A DNA stretch of 11,122 bases from a bacterium (GTDB lineage Bacteria > Zhuqueibacterota > Zhuqueibacteria > Oceanimicrobiales > Oceanimicrobiaceae), in the NCBI GenBank assembly GCA_037446635.1, contig JBBIIG010000094.1:1-11122 (forward strand). Direction: 5' to 3'. Under the pieces are notes generated by a model, which was given only the letters and a program-made list of their open reading frames with translations, did no database searches and was not told where the DNA came from. The position numbers and the translations under genes are program-made. Shown one piece after another: positions 7,187-11,122 of the stretch (position 1 is the stretch's first letter; each line of letters starts with the position of its first letter).

Positions 7187-7843
7187 ATGGACGCCGCAAC
7201 TTTAGAGATCATTAAACTGATTCCATCGTTGTGCTGGTTTTTGCTGGTGGCCGGTTTGATCGTGAGCCACCGCCGCTGGATTCGCGACGAGCTGCTGCCG
7301 AACCTCAGCGGCCTCAAGGTTTTGGGCGTGGAAGTTTCGTTCATAAAAGCCTCGTTCGACGCCGCCGTCGAAATCGGCGAGAAATCGCCGCAGTGGAAAA
7401 TCGAGGTTCCCGAAAAAGCGAAGCAAGCGGCGTTGCGGCGAGTGAAGCAGCGGCTGGATGTATTTCGCGGTGCTCGCATTCTGTGGGTGGACGATCATCC
7501 GGAAAACAACCGCAACGAGCGCCGCATGTTTCGCCAACTGCGCGCCGAAATGGATCTGGCAACCACCTCCGAAGAGGCGCTCAAAAAATTGCAATTGGAT
7601 ATTTACGATGTGGTGATCTCCGATATCGGCCGCGACAACCCAACCGATAAAAGCGGTCTGGCGTTTTTGCACGCCCTGCGAAGCGGAGATCAATCTCGAA
7701 AACCGGAGGCCAACACGCCGGTGGTTTTTTACGTCGGCAATTTTAACGCGAAGCTGGGGACGCCGGCCGGGGCCTTTGGCATCACCAATCGCCCGGACGA
7801 GCTGCTGCATTTCGTGTTGGATGTTTTGGAGCGACGCCCATAA
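7187..7843 (+). CDS. Membrane-anchored response-regulator receiver-like protein with no output domain
   Basis: RBS GAGGAGG; N-terminal TM (IPSLCWFLLVAGLIV); C-terminal REC-like domain ILWVDDHPENN...YDVVISDIGR...SGLAFL...PVVFYVG...GAFGITNRPDEL. Confidence 0.85.
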   Translation: MDAATLEIIKLIPSLCWFLLVAGLIVSHRRWIRDELLPNLSGLKVLGVEVSFIKASFDAAVEIGEKSPQWKIEVPEKAKQAALRRVKQRLDVFRGARILWVDDHPENNRNERRMFRQLRAEMDLATTSEEALKKLQLDIYDVVISDIGRDNPTDKSGLAFLHALRSGDQSRKPEANTPVVFYVGNFNAKLGTPAGAFGITNRPDELLHFVLDVLERRP

Positions 7844-7878
7844 TTTTTTGACTGAATTCTAATTCGAGGGAGGCAGAA

Positions 7879-8334
7879 ATGATGAAGAAGATTTTGATGG
7901 CAATTGCAATTGTGGCAGTTGGAATTCAGCTCGTACCCGTGCAGCGCAGCAACCCGCCGGTTACGAAAGACGTGGGCGCGGAGCCAGCCGCCGCTACCAT
8001 TTTGCGCCGCGCCTGTTACGACTGCCATTCCAACGAAACCGCCTGGCCGTGGTATAGTTACGTGGCGCCGGTGTCGTGGCTGGTGAGCGATGACGTAAAA
8101 GAGGCGCGCTCGCATCTCAATTTTTCGGAATGGGATAAATACGATGAAAAGCGGCGCCGAAAAATTAAAGAAGAAATTGTTGAGGAAGTTGGTGAGAAAC
8201 GCATGCCATTGAAAATTTATCTGCCGCTGCATCCCGAAGCCAGGATCAGCGAGACGGATTTTCAGACCATCAAAAGCTGGGCCGAGAGCTCGACAGAAAG
8301 GGCAAACGAAGGGGAAGAAGGTGATAGTAAATAA
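7879..8334 (+). CDS. Exported monohaem c-type haem-binding domain protein
   Basis: RBS GGGAGG; signal/anchor sequence; RACYDCHSNET.WPWYS.VAPVSWLV..DV...R.HLNFSEW with CxxCH and a distal MP (candidate Met ligand). Confidence 0.88.
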   Translation: MMKKILMAIAIVAVGIQLVPVQRSNPPVTKDVGAEPAAATILRRACYDCHSNETAWPWYSYVAPVSWLVSDDVKEARSHLNFSEWDKYDEKRRRKIKEEIVEEVGEKRMPLKIYLPLHPEARISETDFQTIKSWAESSTERANEGEEGDSK

Positions 8335-8356
8335 AATCAAAAAGGAGTTGGCGAAA

Positions 8357-8538
8357 ATGGCTAAATCTAAAAACAATTTTTTTATGTCGTAGTCAAAGTA
8401 GAAAGTGGAATTCCTGTTCAGGTAAAAGCTCTGTCTGATCTGAGAAAAGCGCGGCGGGAAGAAAGACGACTACGACAGTCTATGCGTTCAGAGTGTGATG
8501 AAACCGGTCTTTTTCACGTTTCGATAATCAACCCTTAG
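8357..8538 (+). pseudogene. Small (about 60 aa) hypothetical protein gene needing a -1 frameshift near its start
   Basis: AAAGGAG (8341-8347) precedes ATG 8357 (MAKSKNNFFMS*). The -1 frame is open 8371-8538 (KQFFYVVVKVESGIPVQVKALSDLRKARREERRLRQSMRSECDETGLFHVSIINP*) and overlaps the first frame across A5 and T7 runs. Confidence 0.55.
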
Positions 8539-8580
8539 TTAGTACTCCATTGCAAAAATGCTTGTAGGGATGCTCATTCC

Positions 8581-9768
8581 ATGACTCGGCTGCAACAAAT
8601 TCACGCTAAATCAGAGCGCCTGGTCCTCGGCCTCATGTCTGGCACTTCGGTGGATGGCGTCGATGCGGCGTTGATCAAAATAAAAAATAGCGGCGTGCAG
8701 ACCCAACTGGAGGTGCTGCGATTCATCACCTTCCCCTATCCCCCCGGCTGCAAAGAGAAAATTTTGGAAGTCTCAGCGCCCGGCCGCGGCGCCGTCGATG
8801 ACATTTGCCGCATGAATGTTGTAATCGGCGAAATCTTCGCGGAAGCAGCGTTAACGCTCATCCGCGAGGCGGGGCTTTCTCCGCCGCAAATTGATCTGAT
8901 CGGCTCCCACGGCCAAACCATCCACCATCTTCCCAATGAAATCGAAATGTTCGGCTACAAAATTCGGGCGACCTTGCAATTAGGCGAACCGTCGGTGATC
9001 GCCAAACGCACCGGCATCGTCACCGTCGCCGATTTCCGTCCCGCCGATTTAGCCTTAGGGGGACAGGGTGCGCCGCTGGTTTCGTATTTTGATTTCATTT
9101 TATTTCGATCAACCGAAAAACATCGCGCGCTGCTCAATTTGGGCGGCATCGCCAACTTCACGATTTTGGAAAAGAACTGCCGCATCGAAGACGTGATCGC
9201 GTTCGACACCGGCCCCGCCAACATGCTCATCGATGCGTTGATGCAGCGAATGTTCAACGAGCCGTTTGATCGCGATGGCCGGGCCGCGCAAGCCGGCAGA
9301 GTGAGCGAAGAATTACTGGCGATCGCTTTGAGCCATCCTTATTTTAAAAAGCCGCCGCCCAAATCGACCGGCCGCGAAGAATTTGGCGCGGATGTTTGCA
9401 GCCAATTTTTACAAAACGCCCTGCGCATGAACGTTCCGCCAAACGATATGATCGCAACGGCGGCAGAGCTCACGGCCCGCACGGTCTGGCAAAATTATCG
9501 CGATTTTGTTGAGCCGAACATCACGGTGGATGAGGTGATCGTCAGCGGCGGCGGCGCAAAGAACGGCTTTATCATGAATTCGCTGCGGGAAAAATTTCAC
9601 GGCGTGGAAGTAAAGCTGATCGACGATTTTGGCATCCCGTCCGACGCCAAAGAAGCGGTGTGTTTCGCGGTGCTGGCCAACGAGACCATCGCCGGCAACC
9701 CCAGCAACGTGCCCGCCGCTACCGGCGCGGGCCAACCAACGGTTTTGGGAAAGATTTGTTTATTATGA
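8581..9768 (+). CDS. anmK: Anhydro-N-acetylmuramic acid kinase
   Basis: GLMSGTSVDGVD, IGSHGQT, DFR..D.A.GGQGAPL, NLGGIAN, FDTGPAN, PPKSTGREEFG, GGGAKN, KEAVCFA; adjacent to murQ. Confidence 0.97.
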   Translation: MTRLQQIHAKSERLVLGLMSGTSVDGVDAALIKIKNSGVQTQLEVLRFITFPYPPGCKEKILEVSAPGRGAVDDICRMNVVIGEIFAEAALTLIREAGLSPPQIDLIGSHGQTIHHLPNEIEMFGYKIRATLQLGEPSVIAKRTGIVTVADFRPADLALGGQGAPLVSYFDFILFRSTEKHRALLNLGGIANFTILEKNCRIEDVIAFDTGPANMLIDALMQRMFNEPFDRDGRAAQAGRVSEELLAIALSHPYFKKPPPKSTGREEFGADVCSQFLQNALRMNVPPNDMIATAAELTARTVWQNYRDFVEPNITVDEVIVSGGGAKNGFIMNSLREKFHGVEVKLIDDFGIPSDAKEAVCFAVLANETIAGNPSNVPAATGAGQPTVLGKICLL

Positions 9769-9779
9769 GGTTTCAAATC

Positions 9780-9810
9780 TCTTTACTAAACCTTAAAGGT
9801 TTAGTAAAGA
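9780..9810. repeat. Perfect 14-bp inverted repeat between anmK and murQ
   Basis: TCTTTACTAAACCT(9780-9793)-TAA-AGGTTTAGTAAAGA(9797-9810). Confidence 0.85.
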
Positions 9811-9842
9811 TTAAGTAAAGATGAATTCAAAGCAAGTTTATT

Positions 9843-10754
9843 ATGAGCGACGACGTATTCAACGAAATCAAAGATCTGATCACCGAAGCGCGCAATCCCG
9901 CCTCCGAAGAGATCGACGTCAAAACTACGGAAGAAATTCTGCGCATCATCAATAATGAGGACAAAAAAGTCCCATTTGTTGTCGAGACCGAGATTCCTTA
10001 CATCTCGCAGGCGGTGGAGATTCTGGTGGCGGCGTTCAAAAACGGCGGGCGGCTTTTTTATATCGGCGCCGGCACCAGCGGCCGGCTGGGCGTGCTGGAC
10101 GCCGCCGAATGTCCTCCCACCTTTGGCACCCAACCCGAAATGATCCAGGGCATCATCGCCGGTGGAGCCGAAGCGCTGGTGCGGGCGCAGGAAGGCAGCG
10201 AGGATCGCGGCGAGGACGGCGTGCGCGATATTTTGGCGCGCGGCTTCAACGAAAAAGACGTTTTGTGCGGCATCGCGGCCAGCCGCCGCACCCCGTATGT
10301 GTTGGCAGCCCTGAAAAAGGCGCGGGAGTTGGGCGCCAAAACCATCTTTGTCACCTGCAATCCCCGCAGTGAATTGAATCTTGAAGTGGATGTGGCCATT
10401 TGTCCGGTGGTGGGCCCGGAAGTGGTGATGGGCTCCACGCGCATGAAAGCCGGCGCCGCCACCAAATTGGTGCTCAACATGCTCACCACCGCCGCGATGA
10501 TCCGCCTCGGCAAAGTTTATGGCAACATGATGGTGGACTTGCAGATGAATTCCCGCAAATTGGAGGAGCGCTCCAAGCGCACGGTGATGATGGTGACCGG
10601 CGTGGATTATAAACACGCGGAAAATGTTTTGCGGAAAGCGCAGGGGCACGTCAAAGCCGCGCTGGTGATGATCCTCGCCGGCGTGGATGCCGACGAAGCT
10701 CGCCGGCGGCTGCAAGTCAGTGACGGCTTTGTGCGCCGGGCAATTGGGAAGTGA
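9843..10754 (+). CDS. murQ: N-acetylmuramic acid 6-phosphate etherase
   Basis: TEARNP, GAGTSGRLGVLDAAECPPTFG, GIAASRRTPYV, GPEVVMGSTRMKAG, MIRLGKVYGNMMVDL...N.KL..R. Confidence 0.97.
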   Translation: MSDDVFNEIKDLITEARNPASEEIDVKTTEEILRIINNEDKKVPFVVETEIPYISQAVEILVAAFKNGGRLFYIGAGTSGRLGVLDAAECPPTFGTQPEMIQGIIAGGAEALVRAQEGSEDRGEDGVRDILARGFNEKDVLCGIAASRRTPYVLAALKKARELGAKTIFVTCNPRSELNLEVDVAICPVVGPEVVMGSTRMKAGAATKLVLNMLTTAAMIRLGKVYGNMMVDLQMNSRKLEERSKRTVMMVTGVDYKHAENVLRKAQGHVKAALVMILAGVDADEARRRLQVSDGFVRRAIGK

Positions 10755-10881
10755 CAGACGGTGTTTCCGCGAAAAGTTTGGCAGGGCAAATTGGGATTCG
10801 AGGGTCATGGTAGTTGATCAAGCAAGCTCCGCAAGCCTGCCTGCCTCCCACTCCTATTTGTGGCGCTAACAATATGGATCC

Positions 10882-10948
10882 TACACTGTTTGCAACAGTG
10901 TATTGGAACGTCGTTAAGACAAACACAGTTTCAAGCTGTGTTAGGAAC
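10882..10948. repeat. Two related hairpins in tandem
   Basis: TACACTGTT-TGC-AACAGTGTA (10882-10902) and AACACAG-TTTCAAG-CTGTGTT (10922-10942), each followed shortly by GGAAC. Confidence 0.55.
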
Positions 10949-11067
10949 CGTTTCAATAATACGTATCTGAATTTATGAAATCGTATACTTAGTCGCTCAT
11001 TGCAGCGCCAGATCAAAGCGTTTTTCGCCGGTCATCCGATAGAATGCGATGGATGGGTTTTATACTT

Positions 11068-11122
11068 TGTCAGCGGGCGGTCAAAAGCGGCCACCTGTGG
11101 GCACTTTAAAAGCGGCCATTTT
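11068..11122. mobile_element. Probable terminal region of an IS21-family insertion sequence, truncated by the window end
   Basis: Begins TGT and carries two direct repeats GGGC-N4/5-AAAAGCGGCCA (cores at 11083-11093 and 11108-11118, 25 nt apart), the multi-repeat end structure of IS21-type elements. No transposase is visible in the window. Confidence 0.65.

Noticed and set aside
576..10808. Long antisense or alternate-frame ORFs (for example 576-1385, 4952-5785, 7202-7810, 9801-10808 on -, 3813-4487 on +)
   Set aside because: Shadows of well-supported GC-rich genes, with no recognisable motifs.
10819..10843. Degenerate hairpin CAAGCAAGCT/AGCCTGCCTG, possible decayed REP-like element
   Set aside because: Two mismatches in 10 bp and no second copy in the window.
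10882..10960. CRISPR array (GTTTCAA-like words, repeated hairpins)
   Set aside because: Only two divergent units about 12 nt apart, with no spacer-length gaps and no cas genes.
10717..11016. 99-aa minus-strand ORF after murQ
   Set aside because: No motif or clear RBS, it overlaps the murQ end, and it runs through hairpin-rich intergenic DNA.

Overview
Bacterial, mostly housekeeping window; every credible gene is on the + strand. It opens with a tRNA cluster: tRNA-Ser(TGA), a 78-aa stand-alone GIY-YIG nuclease gene starting 2 nt after that tRNA, a partial second tRNA-Ser copy whose anticodon is split by a 27-nt palindrome, tRNA-Ser(GCT), gltX, tRNA-Gln(CTG) and tRNA-Arg(TCG) with a terminator. 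Next come a DUF2207-like membrane protein gene broken by two in-frame stops, a multi-TM HAMP/PP2C (SpoIIE/RsbU-like) phosphatase, a membrane-anchored atypical receiver protein, a CxxCH haem-binding protein, a small frameshifted ORF missed by the ORF track, and anmK-murQ. The window ends in what looks like the terminus of an IS21-family element. The best candidate for an undescribed system is the tRNA / GIY-YIG / anticodon-interrupted tRNA-fragment unit (20-423). Several other short palindromes may be related, two of them lying in frame inside proteins. All family calls are from motif recognition by eye; no searches were run.
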